Positions 46,203 through 55,045 of a stretch of DNA of 64,000 nt are shown here, one piece after another. The stretch comes from an uncultured Chloroflexia bacterium (lineage in GTDB: Bacteria > Chloroflexota > Limnocylindria > Limnocylindrales > CSP1-4). The DNA is taken from assembly GCA_963781845.1 (NCBI GenBank), contig CAWAHN010000016.1:265713-329712 (forward strand), read 5' to 3'. Position 1 is the first letter of the stretch. Each line of letters starts with the position of its first letter. The position numbers and the translations under genes were made by a program. The notes under the pieces were generated by a model that did no database searches, was not told the DNA's origin, and saw only the letters and a program-made list of their open reading frames with translations.

Positions 46203-46853
46203 TCAGGCCGCGACGGTGGTCGGGATCGGAGCGCCGACGAGCTTCCAGCCGGACTGCCAGCTGCCGCCGTTCACGATGTTCAGGGTGATGTTGAGGAAGG
46301 CGAGCCCCTCGAGCTGCCGCGCTCGCACGAGCGGACCGACGTCGACCGGCTCCAGGCCGATCTCGCCGACGAGCTCGAGCACCGTGGCCTTCGCCTCGGC
46401 GTCGTCACCGGCGACGAAGCCGCTCAGCTGTACGCCCTCGGCGACGGGATCGCTCTGGTGGGCCGCGAAGAGCGTGTTGAACGCCTTGACGACGTGCGCA
46501 CTCGGCAGGAGACGGGCGAGCTCCTCGGCGTTCGAGGTCGTCGTGTCGATATCCGGCCCGTTCGCGCCGAACGACATCCGGTTCGTCGCATCCACGACCG
46601 GCTTCCCGGCCACGGCCTCGGCGATCTCGGCGGCGACCTCGGGTGCGCTCGAGAAGGGGATCGCGAGGACGACGACGTCCGCGCCGGCGACGGCCAGGGC
46701 GTTCGAGGACGCGACGCGCGAGCGGGTCGCCGCGGCGACGCTCCCGGCGTCTTCGGGATCGCGCGACGCGATCACGACGTCGTGGCCCGCCCGCTTGAAT
46801 GAGATTGCCAGGGCCTTGCCCACGTTGCCGGCCCCGATGATCGCGATGTCCAT
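46203..46853 (-). CDS. npdG: NADPH-dependent F420 reductase-like oxidoreductase
   Basis: ATG 46853 has GGAGGA upstream. MDIAIIGAGNVGKALA...VVVLAIPF. Confidence 0.75.
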   Translation of the reverse strand: MDIAIIGAGNVGKALAISFKRAGHDVVIASRDPEDAGSVAAATRSRVASSNALAVAGADVVVLAIPFSSAPEVAAEIAEAVAGKPVVDATNRMSFGANGPDIDTTTSNAEELARLLPSAHVVKAFNTLFAAHQSDPVAEGVQLSGFVAGDDAEAKATVLELVGEIGLEPVDVGPLVRARQLEGLAFLNITLNIVNGGSWQSGWKLVGAPIPTTVAA

Positions 46854-46872
46854 GTCGACGGTCCTCCGCTGG

Positions 46873-46932
46873 CTTGACGAGTTTGCCTCTGTCAAGCGAT
46901 ATTTGTTGTGGACACACCATACGTCTGTGTCC
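46873..46932. promoter_or_regulatory. Two inverted repeats in the AT-richer divergent intergenic region
   Basis: CTTGAC-N12-GTCAAG is at 46873-46896 and GGACACA-N9-TGTGTCC is at 46910-46932. Confidence 0.4.
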
Positions 46933-46967
46933 TACCTGATGTCAATACCTGTTTGCGGAGAACCAAC

Positions 46968-47525
46968 ATGGCCACCGAGGAGCGGCGCCGACCGGCCGTC
47001 GGCGTCCAGATCAAACGCTGGCGGCTGGAGCGCGGGCTGACCCTGGCGAACGTCGCCGAGCGGAGCGGCCTGAACGTCGGCTATCTGTCGCAGATCGAGA
47101 ACGACAAGGCGTCGCCGTCGCTCCAGTGCCTGGTGTCGATCGCCGATGCGGTCGAGGTCCCCGCCGCCTGGTTCTTCATGGAGGACCTCCCCGAGCCGGT
47201 CGTCGTGCGGGCGTCGGAGCGCCCGGTGACGATCACGGAGCTCGGGCGCGTCGAGCACGTCGACGGCCGGGCGTCGCGCGACGTGTCGATCCTGGAGGTC
47301 ACATCGAACGGCACGGGCAGTCGGGTCGGGACCCATAGCCATGCCGGCGACGAGCACCACATCATCCTGCGCGGGCGATTCCGGATGACCCAGGGCGACC
47401 ATGTCGTCGATGTCGGCCCGGGCGACTACCTCCGCTGGGACGGTACGATCCCCCACGACGGCGAGGTGATCGGCGACGACCCGAACGCCGCGATGCTCAT
47501 CATCCGCATCCGCCCCAAGGACTGA
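46968..47525 (+). CDS. XRE-family HTH regulator with C-terminal cupin domain
   Basis: ATG 46968 has GGAG upstream. The HTH reads IKRWRLERGLTLANVAERSGLNVGYLSQIENDKASPSL and the cupin GTHSHAGDEHHIILRG. Confidence 0.85.
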   Translation: MATEERRRPAVGVQIKRWRLERGLTLANVAERSGLNVGYLSQIENDKASPSLQCLVSIADAVEVPAAWFFMEDLPEPVVVRASERPVTITELGRVEHVDGRASRDVSILEVTSNGTGSRVGTHSHAGDEHHIILRGRFRMTQGDHVVDVGPGDYLRWDGTIPHDGEVIGDDPNAAMLIIRIRPKD

Positions 47526-47542
47526 ACGGGCGGTCAAACCGG

Positions 47543-48355
47543 TCAGGCGATCGGGACCTGCAGCTCGGTGACGTAGTCCGCGTCGTCCGCGACGAGGTAG
47601 TCCCGCGGCAGGGCCAGCTCGGGCTCGGCCCCGAACTGGAGGTAGAGGACGCGCAGTCCGTCGATCCGCGTGAACCCCGCCGCGACCGTCCAGCGGTCGA
47701 GCGATCGACGGGTCGATGCGAGCGTGTCGTACGCGCCGTTGTGGATGATCGTGGCGGCCAGGCATCCTGCGAGCCGGCGGTACCCGATCCGGTCGGTCGT
47801 GGGGATCGGGCCGCGAACAGGCACGAACACCTCGACGGCCGGGTCGAAGCCCGGTTCGCTGGGGCCGACGAGCGCGCCAGGGGGGCGGCTGGCTCGTCGT
47901 CCGGTGTCGCGCACATAGGCTTCGAGCTCATAGAAGGCCGGCCCGAGGTCGGCGTCCGGCGCCGCCCGCAGGGTGGCGACCGACTCCGCGGCGAGGCGGC
48001 GGACGACGACATCCGACAGATCCGAGCCCGTCGCGGCCGACTCGACCCGGATGTCGAGGGCGGCCAACCGCCGTTCGACGTCGCGGCGCTCCTGCTCGAG
48101 CTCGAGGCGACGGCGGACGAGCACGTCGCTGAGGTCGACCCCACCCGACACGAGCCGGGCGATCTCCTGGAGGCCGACGCCGAGCTCGCGCAGGGCCAGG
48201 ATGCGCCGCAGACCCGGCAACTGCGCCGGCGAGTAGGCGCGGTAGCCCGTGCTCGGATCGACCCACGCCGGCCGGAGGATCCGGAGCTCGTCGTAGTCCC
48301 GCAGCGTCTTGGGCGTCACGCCGCCGAGTTTCGCGAAGGTCCCGATGCGGAGCAT
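47543..48355 (-). CDS. MerR-family regulator with GyrI-like effector-binding domain
   Basis: MLRIGTFAKLGGVTPKTLRDYDELRILRPAWVDPSTGYRAYS is followed by a coiled coil and a GyrI-like C-terminus. Confidence 0.85.
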   Translation of the reverse strand: MLRIGTFAKLGGVTPKTLRDYDELRILRPAWVDPSTGYRAYSPAQLPGLRRILALRELGVGLQEIARLVSGGVDLSDVLVRRRLELEQERRDVERRLAALDIRVESAATGSDLSDVVVRRLAAESVATLRAAPDADLGPAFYELEAYVRDTGRRASRPPGALVGPSEPGFDPAVEVFVPVRGPIPTTDRIGYRRLAGCLAATIIHNGAYDTLASTRRSLDRWTVAAGFTRIDGLRVLYLQFGAEPELALPRDYLVADDADYVTELQVPIA

Positions 48356-48428
48356 GGCCGAACCATAGCTTGACTCTCACCCGACGTGAAGGTTGAGGCT
48401 ATGTTTCCGAGCCGCTCCGAGGAGACCC

Positions 48429-49250
48429 ATGCGCCCGATCCGCATCGCCGCCCAGCTCCATCCACAGCACGGCGATTACGCCGGCTTTCGCCGTGCCGTC
48501 CTGCGCGCCGAGGAGCTCGGGTTCGACATCGTCTACACCTGGGACCACTTCTTTCCACTCTACGGGCGGCGCGACGACGCCCATTTCGAGTGCTGGTCGT
48601 TGCTGGCCGCCGCCGCTGAGGCGACCTCCCGGATCGAGCTCGGTCCGCTCGTGGCCTGTGACGCGTATCGCAACCCGGACCTCCTCGCCGACATCGCCCG
48701 CACGGTCGATCACATCAGCGGCGGTCGAGTGATCCTGGGCCTCGGCTCCGGCTGGTTCGAGCGCGACTTCACCGAATACGGCGTTCCGTTCGGGACGGTC
48801 GGGAGTCGCCTCGAGGCGCTGGCGCGGGACCTGCCGCGGATCGAGCACCGGCTGGCGGTGTTGGACCCCCCACCGCTCCGAGCGATGCCGATCCTGATCG
48901 CCGGAACGGGGCCGCGACGGACGCTCCGACTCGTGGCCGAGCACGCCGACGGCTGGCATGCGGGATTCCCGGAACGGCCGGCGGAGCTCGAGCCGGCGGT
49001 CGAGGCGCTCCTCGGCTGGTGCGCGGCCGCCGGACGCGACCCGGCGGAGATCGAGTGGGGCGTCGGGGTCGAACCCGACGATCTCGATCGGTTCCTCGCC
49101 GAGGACGCGGATACGTACCGCTCGATGGGGTTCAGCCAGTTCACCCTCGGCTTCGATGGTCCGTCGTGGGATGTCGATGCAGGTCTCGACTGGCTTGGTT
49201 GGAAAGCGCGTCTCACCGACGTTGCGGCCGGGTCGATGATCGAACGCTGA
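48429..49250 (+). CDS. LLM-class (luciferase-like) F420-dependent oxidoreductase
   Basis: ATG 48429 has GAGGAG upstream. VYTWDHFFP...ILGLGSGWFERDF. Confidence 0.75.
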   Translation: MRPIRIAAQLHPQHGDYAGFRRAVLRAEELGFDIVYTWDHFFPLYGRRDDAHFECWSLLAAAAEATSRIELGPLVACDAYRNPDLLADIARTVDHISGGRVILGLGSGWFERDFTEYGVPFGTVGSRLEALARDLPRIEHRLAVLDPPPLRAMPILIAGTGPRRTLRLVAEHADGWHAGFPERPAELEPAVEALLGWCAAAGRDPAEIEWGVGVEPDDLDRFLAEDADTYRSMGFSQFTLGFDGPSWDVDAGLDWLGWKARLTDVAAGSMIER

Positions 49251-49333
49251 CGGTCCGAGGCCTCCCATAGAGTTTGTCCGGCGTCCGCCAGCGGATGCCA
49301 CGGAGGGACGGCACAGGTGGATCGCGGTCTGGT

Positions 49334-50623
49334 CTACTGCGAGGGAGGATCCTTGAGCGCCAGGGCGACCTTCAGGGCAGGGTCCTTGCCGGCGAAGAAG
49401 TCCGCAGCGCTCAGCGCGACCGGCACGTCAGGCTCGATCGCCGATCTCTGGTCCCCTGTGCCGAACCGGAAGGTCGGGATCTCGACCGTCAAGCCGATGT
49501 TCGGAAGGGCGATGTCGTTGCAGTCGCACAGGAAGTTGTCCGCCCGAGCGGGGGTCTTCTCGCCGACCAGGATCGCCTGCGTCTCGGTATCGAGGGTACG
49601 GGCCACGACCGTCCCGGCCGACACGTTCTCGCGCCCGATCATCACGATCAGGCCGCCGGGACGATCGATCCGCGGATCGCCCTTGAGCGCATCGATGAGC
49701 GGCGTCGCCAGGCTCCCGTTCCCGCCGCGGATGTAGCGCATGTCGAGGAGGACGCGCGTCGCCGAACCGTCGTCGAGGGCGCCCTTCATGGCCGCGAGGG
49801 CTGGCGGGAGGTCCGTCTCCGTGTAGTCGTTGTAGGCGATCACGAACGTCTTGGACGCCTTGTCGAGGCGGGTCCAGACCGGTTCCTTGCGCCGTGCGAC
49901 CGCCTCCGGCGCATCGCCCAGCAGGCCGCCGACGACATCCAGGCCGAACCCCCACGTGGCGAGATCGGACCTGGTGACGTCGACGGTGACCTCGCTGCCG
50001 TCCGGCCGCGCGAACACGAACGCCGGCTTGGCCGGGTCGTCGACGATCCCCAGGCCGTGGAGATACTCGACCGTCGAAACCACTCCCTGCAGTCCGTCGA
50101 GCTCGCCGCTCTCGTTGTCGGCTGGGACCAGGGGGCGCAACGTAGCCTCGACCTCCCCCATCGGATGGCCGCCGATCGACACGACGCGATCGCCGACGAG
50201 CGTCTTGTCCTTGGCGCGAACGACGAACCAGCCGTCCGAGAACGGATACAGCACGACGTCGTAGGCATGGAGGTAGGAGTCGTAGGGGCCGAGCAGCGCC
50301 GAGTGCGTGTCGAGCAGTCCGACCAGACCGGCGAGCTGGACGACGCGCTGGTCCGGCGTGGCCGTCGGAAGAGTCGTGCGGAGCTCGTCGAGCTTCGCCA
50401 CCCAGGCGGACTCGGGGTTGTCGGCGAACGGGTCGGGATGCAACGCCCGGACCTGGGCGTCGAGGTACGCCAGGTCATCCGCCACCGGGTCGCCGCTCGC
50501 TGCGGCGCTCGGCGACGAGGCGGCTCCGGTCGTCACCGGCGAGGATCGAGCCGCCGATCCACCGCAGGCGCTGCCCAGGACGGCCACCACCGTCGCGACG
50601 AGGACGAGCGTCGTACGGCGCAT
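49334..50623 (-). CDS. Lipoprotein, S41 (tail-specific) peptidase-like
   Basis: The signal and lipobox are MRRTTLVLVATVVAVLGSAC. The S41-like blocks are VLLDMRYIRGGNGS and VMIGRENVSAGTVVA. Confidence 0.6.
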   Translation of the reverse strand: MRRTTLVLVATVVAVLGSACGGSAARSSPVTTGAASSPSAAASGDPVADDLAYLDAQVRALHPDPFADNPESAWVAKLDELRTTLPTATPDQRVVQLAGLVGLLDTHSALLGPYDSYLHAYDVVLYPFSDGWFVVRAKDKTLVGDRVVSIGGHPMGEVEATLRPLVPADNESGELDGLQGVVSTVEYLHGLGIVDDPAKPAFVFARPDGSEVTVDVTRSDLATWGFGLDVVGGLLGDAPEAVARRKEPVWTRLDKASKTFVIAYNDYTETDLPPALAAMKGALDDGSATRVLLDMRYIRGGNGSLATPLIDALKGDPRIDRPGGLIVMIGRENVSAGTVVARTLDTETQAILVGEKTPARADNFLCDCNDIALPNIGLTVEIPTFRFGTGDQRSAIEPDVPVALSAADFFAGKDPALKVALALKDPPSQ

Positions 50624-50765
50624 CTCCCCTCCGACCTCCTGACGATCCTACAGCTCACGGCCGACCGCGCCGGCGGGCGCGCACGCTCGATGAGGGTCGG
50701 ACGATACCGAACGTCCCGCCCGGATTCAAGGCGATCGCGGCCGGCCGACCGGGGACGACCGGGTG

Positions 50766-50784
50766 CAGCCGATATCATCGGCTG
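50766..50784. promoter_or_regulatory. Palindrome CAGCCGAT-ATC-ATCGGCTG overlapping a TATCAT -10-like hexamer
   Basis: The arms are 8 bp, and the end lies 36 nt upstream of the TTG start at 50821. Confidence 0.25.
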
Positions 50785-50820
50785 GTCGAACCCGGACCCG
50801 GCCCACGACGGAGGCACGCG

Positions 50821-51810
50821 TTGCTCGCGATCCGCATCGACGTCCACGGTGGGCCCGAAGTGCTTCGGCCCGTCGACATGCCCACACCGACGCCGGCTCC
50901 CGACGAGGTCATCGTCCGCCACGAGTGGATCGGCGTCAACTTCGTCGACACCCAGCACCGACTCGGCGCGCCCTACCCGGTCACGCTGCCGCTCATCCCG
51001 GGCATCGAGGCCGCCGGCGTCGTCGTCGAGCCGGGTGCGGGCGTGACCGACCTGGCGCCCGGCGATCGGGTGGCCTACGCGGGCCCGATGGTCGGCGTCT
51101 ACGCGGAGCTCGCCGCCGTGCCGCGAGCGGTCCTGGTCGCCGTCCCACCAGGGCTTGCCACCCGGGACGCGGCGGCCGTCCTGCTCCAGGGGATGACGGC
51201 GCATCTCATGACCCACGACGTCCATCTCGGCCGACCCGGCGAGACCGCGCTCGTCCATGCCGCCGCCGGTGGGACCGGGTCCCTGCTCGTCCAGTTCCTC
51301 CGATCGCAGGGCGTGATGGTGGTCGCCAGTGCCTCGCCCGGTCTCAAGGCCGAGTACCTGCGTTCGCTCGGGGTGGACCACGTCCTCGACTCGCGGCGGC
51401 CGGACCTCGCGGACGCGGTCCACGGCGTCGTGCCGGGGGGTGTCGACGTCGTGTTCGACAGCGTCGGGCGGACGACCTTCGAGACGAGCCTGCGGGCCGT
51501 GCGGCCGATGGGCCTGATCGTCGAGTTCGGGCAGTCGAGCGGGGCGGTGCAGCCCATCGACATCGCCCGGCTGTCCGGGTTGACCGGCGAGGGCCTGCCC
51601 GGGTCGCTCACCCTGACCTGGCCGACGCTCAGCGACCACAACGCGACCCGTGATGCCCTCGTCCGCCGTGCCGCGGCGGTCTTCGAGGCCGTGCTCGACG
51701 GGACCCTGCGACCGGCCGTTGCCGGGACCTTCCCGCTGCGCGAGGCCGCCCGCGCACATGAGCTGCTGGAGTCGAGATCGGTGATCGGGAAGGTGCTCCT
51801 CGAGGCCTGA
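50821..51810 (+). CDS. NADPH:quinone oxidoreductase (zeta-crystallin/MDR family)
   Basis: TTG 50821 has GGAGG upstream. IRIDVHGGPEVL...GVNFVDT...VHAAAGGTGSLLVQ. Confidence 0.85.
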   Translation: MLAIRIDVHGGPEVLRPVDMPTPTPAPDEVIVRHEWIGVNFVDTQHRLGAPYPVTLPLIPGIEAAGVVVEPGAGVTDLAPGDRVAYAGPMVGVYAELAAVPRAVLVAVPPGLATRDAAAVLLQGMTAHLMTHDVHLGRPGETALVHAAAGGTGSLLVQFLRSQGVMVVASASPGLKAEYLRSLGVDHVLDSRRPDLADAVHGVVPGGVDVVFDSVGRTTFETSLRAVRPMGLIVEFGQSSGAVQPIDIARLSGLTGEGLPGSLTLTWPTLSDHNATRDALVRRAAAVFEAVLDGTLRPAVAGTFPLREAARAHELLESRSVIGKVLLEA

Positions 51811-51815
51811 CCGGG

Positions 51816-52577
51816 TCAGGTCGGGTCGGCCAGCTCGATCCGGATCCGCTTGTTGATCCGGCCCTTGGACTCGTAGCCGGTCACTCGGATGGCGCCGACC
51901 TCGCGCGTGTTGGCGACATGCGTCCCGCCGTCAGCCTGGAGATCGAGCCCGACGATCTCGATCGTCCGGATCTCTTCGATCCCGGGCGGGAGGAGGTTGA
52001 CCTTGGTCCGGATCAAGTCCGGGATCTCGAACGCCTCGTCGCGCGGGAGGACGGCGACCCGCACGTCGCGACCGACCGCCAGCTCGGCGTTCACGGTCGC
52101 CTCGATCCCGGCGACCAGGTCGCCGCTCATCCGCTCGAACTCGAAGTCCATCCGGCCCGACCCCGGCTCCATGTTCCCGCCGGTGACCAGCGCGCCATGG
52201 TCCCGCCACACGACGCCGCACAGTACATGCAGGGCCGTATGGGTCCGCATCAGCGCGTGGCGCCGGGTCCAGTCGAGGTCGACCTCGAGACGGTCCCCGA
52301 CCGCCGGCGGTCCGTCCGTCGTCGCAGCCTCGGCAGGAACGGGCTCGAGCTCGTGGACGATGTCGGAGCCGCTCTTGCGCGCCGCCCGGACGACCCAGCG
52401 GCGTCCGTCGACCGAACGGAGGAGGACCCCTCGATCGGAGGGTTGTCCGCCGCCCCCGGGATAGAAGACCGTCCGATCGAGGACGACGAGCGGGCCATCG
52501 ACGCCTTCGTCGACGGCCCGGACCACGGCCTCGATCGAGCGCGCATAGGCGTCGCGGTAGCAGACGGCGTCGGTCAC
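51816..52577 (-). CDS. Alanyl-tRNA editing protein (AlaX-type, threonyl/alanyl-tRNA synthetase second additional domain)
   Basis: FYPGGGGQPSD...RTHTALHVL...ADGGTHV. GTG start. Confidence 0.8.
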   Translation of the reverse strand: MTDAVCYRDAYARSIEAVVRAVDEGVDGPLVVLDRTVFYPGGGGQPSDRGVLLRSVDGRRWVVRAARKSGSDIVHELEPVPAEAATTDGPPAVGDRLEVDLDWTRRHALMRTHTALHVLCGVVWRDHGALVTGGNMEPGSGRMDFEFERMSGDLVAGIEATVNAELAVGRDVRVAVLPRDEAFEIPDLIRTKVNLLPPGIEEIRTIEIVGLDLQADGGTHVANTREVGAIRVTGYESKGRINKRIRIELADPT

Positions 52578-52620
52578 CGCGGTCGGGCTCGACGGTCTGA
52601 CGGCAGGGCCGGCATCGGGG

Positions 52621-53151
52621 CTACTGGACGGTCAGCGCGCCGATCATGACGTTGGGATGGATCTTGCAGATGAACTTGTACGTCCCGGCCGCGAGGGCGT
52701 TGACGTTGTAGGTCGTCTGCGCCACCCCGGTGACGATCTCGCCGTCGAAGACCGTCGCACCTCCGCCATCCATGATCTGGATGTTGTGGGCGACCGACGC
52801 GTCCTGGTTGTCGAAGGCGATCTGGAACGGCTGGCCCGCGGGCGCGGCCAGGGCCAGGTTCGTGAACTGGATGTTCTGGGCGACCTCGGGGATGACGGTC
52901 GTCCCGCCGGTCCCGCCCGACGCGGCCGCGGACGGCGCGATGCTCGGCTCGGTGGAGGCCGGGGCCGCCGAGGGAGCCGCTGACGACGGAGCAGCCGAGG
53001 CGGCTCCGCTCGGGGCAGCCGACGCGGCGGCCGACGGCGACGGCGGCGGGGCGTACGTCCAGCCGGGCGCCTGGCCCGATGAACAGGCGGCGAGACCGAC
53101 GATCACGAGCGCGGCAAGGGCCAGCGTGGACAGGGAGCGAACCGGCTGCAT
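52621..53151 (-). CDS. Cupredoxin (type 1 blue copper) lipoprotein
   Basis: The lipobox is LVIVGLAAC, followed by a Ser/Ala/Pro linker. The copper ligand pattern is VAHN...CKIHPNVM. Confidence 0.8.
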   Translation of the reverse strand: MQPVRSLSTLALAALVIVGLAACSSGQAPGWTYAPPPSPSAAASAAPSGAASAAPSSAAPSAAPASTEPSIAPSAAASGGTGGTTVIPEVAQNIQFTNLALAAPAGQPFQIAFDNQDASVAHNIQIMDGGGATVFDGEIVTGVAQTTYNVNALAAGTYKFICKIHPNVMIGALTVQ

Positions 53152-53420
53152 GGTCGGATGGGACCTCGATCGGATTCGGTCGGCAAGACCGGATTGGGGC
53201 GTGACGTGCCGCGGGAGAGTCTACCGCTCGGTCCCGGTTCGTGCCGGGACCGTGTGTCCGGCGGAGCGCGGAGATAGTACTTCTGGGCCATGACTCGATG
53301 CACCACCCAGGACCTTCGTCAGGGTTCACCGATGGCCCGGATGGCGGGTAGCCTCAAGGTCCGATCGAGTCGCCCGGCGCGCGGTCGGATGCACCCGACG
53401 GCCGGACCAGGAGATCCTCC

Positions 53421-53519
53421 ATGCAGCTTCGAACGCGGATGTGGCGGCTGAGCGTCGCGCTGGCGCCGTTCATGTCCCTCGCGCTCGTCCTGGAGGCTGG
53501 ACGCCGCTGGGTCCAGTAA
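53421..53519 (+). CDS. Candidate 32-aa hydrophobic small protein
   Basis: AGGAGA lies 6 nt upstream of ATG 53421. The peptide is MQLRTRMWRLSVALAPFMSLALVLEAGRRWVQ with a TAA stop. It is too short for composition statistics. Confidence 0.3.
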   Translation: MQLRTRMWRLSVALAPFMSLALVLEAGRRWVQ

Positions 53520-53729
53520 CCAGCACCGGCGGACCGCGCCGGCACTAGATCGACCGCGGACGGACCGGAGCTGCTCCGGTCCCTCGGCGGGAACCCATAA
53601 GCATGAGACCCGGACCGACCCTCCTCCGTCCGGGTCTCCTGCTGCGTGGCGCCGGGTGACGGCACCGTCGGGGACATCGGTCGCAACCTGACCGCAACCT
53701 TGTTCCGACACGTTCGTCCGTAGGCTTGT

Positions 53730-55031
53730 ATGGTGACGACCATGGCACGTCCGGCACGGACCGACGACGGGCCGTCCGGTGAGCGGCCGGCGGCCGAGCG
53801 CCAGCTCGAACAGCTGCGCTTCCTCCATCGCGTCGCCAAGCTCGCGACGACCGCCCGGACGTGGGACGAGCTCCTCGAGACCATCGTCGATGAGACCCGG
53901 GACGCGCTCCAGGCCGACGTCTCGTCGCTCTACCTTCTCGATCGGGACGGTGCCCACCTCACCCTCGCCGCAACGAACGGCCTGGACCGCTACCAGATCG
54001 GTCGCGCCCAGGTGCCGTACGGCGAGGGTGTCACCGGACGCGTCGCCGCGACGCGGGAGCCGATGCGGATCGCCGACGTCCGCCACGATCCGCGGTTCCT
54101 GTGGGTCCGCGGGATCGACCAGCGCCGGTTCATCGCCTCGATGCTGTCGGTCCCGCTGTCGTGGCGCGAAGGCGTGGTCGGCGTGCTCAACATCCAGACC
54201 GAGGAGACCCGCGAGTTCAGCGACTCGGACGTCGCCCAGCTGTCGGCGATCGCGGACCTGCTCGCGGGGATCGTCGAGAAGGGCCGCACGCAGCTCGAGG
54301 CCGAGGCCCAGGTCGAGGCGCTCCAGGCGATCGACGAGGCCCGGACCGAGCTCATCGCGATGGTCACCCACGAGCTGCGAACGCCCCTGGCGGTCGTCCG
54401 GGCGTACACCGACCTCCTGTCCGAGGAGCCGCCGCTGGTGGGTCGCGAGAGTCGCGATCTCATCCGGCGCCGGACCCGCGACGAGTGGCACAACCGGGCG
54501 ATCGACCAGATCGAGCGGCTCGACCGGCTGGTCGACTCCATCCTGGCGTCGGTCCGGCCGCTCGAGGACCGGCCGTCGGACGTCGTCCCGGTCGACGTCG
54601 CGGCCCTGCTCGACGAGGTCGTGGCAGGCTTGCGTCCGCTCCTGCGCAACCACCGACTGGTCGTCGACGCGGGCGTCCGACGGTTCGCTCTCGCCGATCC
54701 GCCGCGGCTCCGCCAGGTCGTCGAGCATCTCATCGAGAATGCGGTGAAGTACGCCCCGCCGGGGACGACGATCAGCGTCGGGACCACGCTCGTCGAGGGA
54801 CACGTCCGGGTCGCCGTCTCCGACGAAGGGCCGGGTATCCCGCAGGAGTGGCGCGAGCGGATCTTCGAGCCGTACGCCCGACGCGATACGCACACGGCGC
54901 GCGGCTCCGGGATCGGGCTGTTCGCGGCCAAGCGCCTGACCGAATCGATGGATGCCCACCTATGGTGCGAACCGGCCGAACCGGCCGGCGCGCGCTTCGT
55001 CATCGCCCTGCCGGCCGCGGTCGCGGTCTGA
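53730..55031 (+). CDS. GAF-domain sensor histidine kinase (HisKA type)
   Basis: The GAF segment reads YGEGVTGRVAATREPMRIADV, the H-box MVTHELRTPLAVV and the ATPase blocks IENAVKYAP, DEGPGIP and GSGIGLFAAKRL. Confidence 0.85.
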   Translation: MVTTMARPARTDDGPSGERPAAERQLEQLRFLHRVAKLATTARTWDELLETIVDETRDALQADVSSLYLLDRDGAHLTLAATNGLDRYQIGRAQVPYGEGVTGRVAATREPMRIADVRHDPRFLWVRGIDQRRFIASMLSVPLSWREGVVGVLNIQTEETREFSDSDVAQLSAIADLLAGIVEKGRTQLEAEAQVEALQAIDEARTELIAMVTHELRTPLAVVRAYTDLLSEEPPLVGRESRDLIRRRTRDEWHNRAIDQIERLDRLVDSILASVRPLEDRPSDVVPVDVAALLDEVVAGLRPLLRNHRLVVDAGVRRFALADPPRLRQVVEHLIENAVKYAPPGTTISVGTTLVEGHVRVAVSDEGPGIPQEWRERIFEPYARRDTHTARGSGIGLFAAKRLTESMDAHLWCEPAEPAGARFVIALPAAVAV

Positions 55032-55045
55032 TCGAAGGAGTCCTG

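Noticed and set aside
44386-47040. The 884-aa + strand ORF spanning the channel, VOC and F420 reductase genes.
   Set aside because: It is antisense to three genes with clear family motifs, is low-complexity and Arg-rich, and has no start context.
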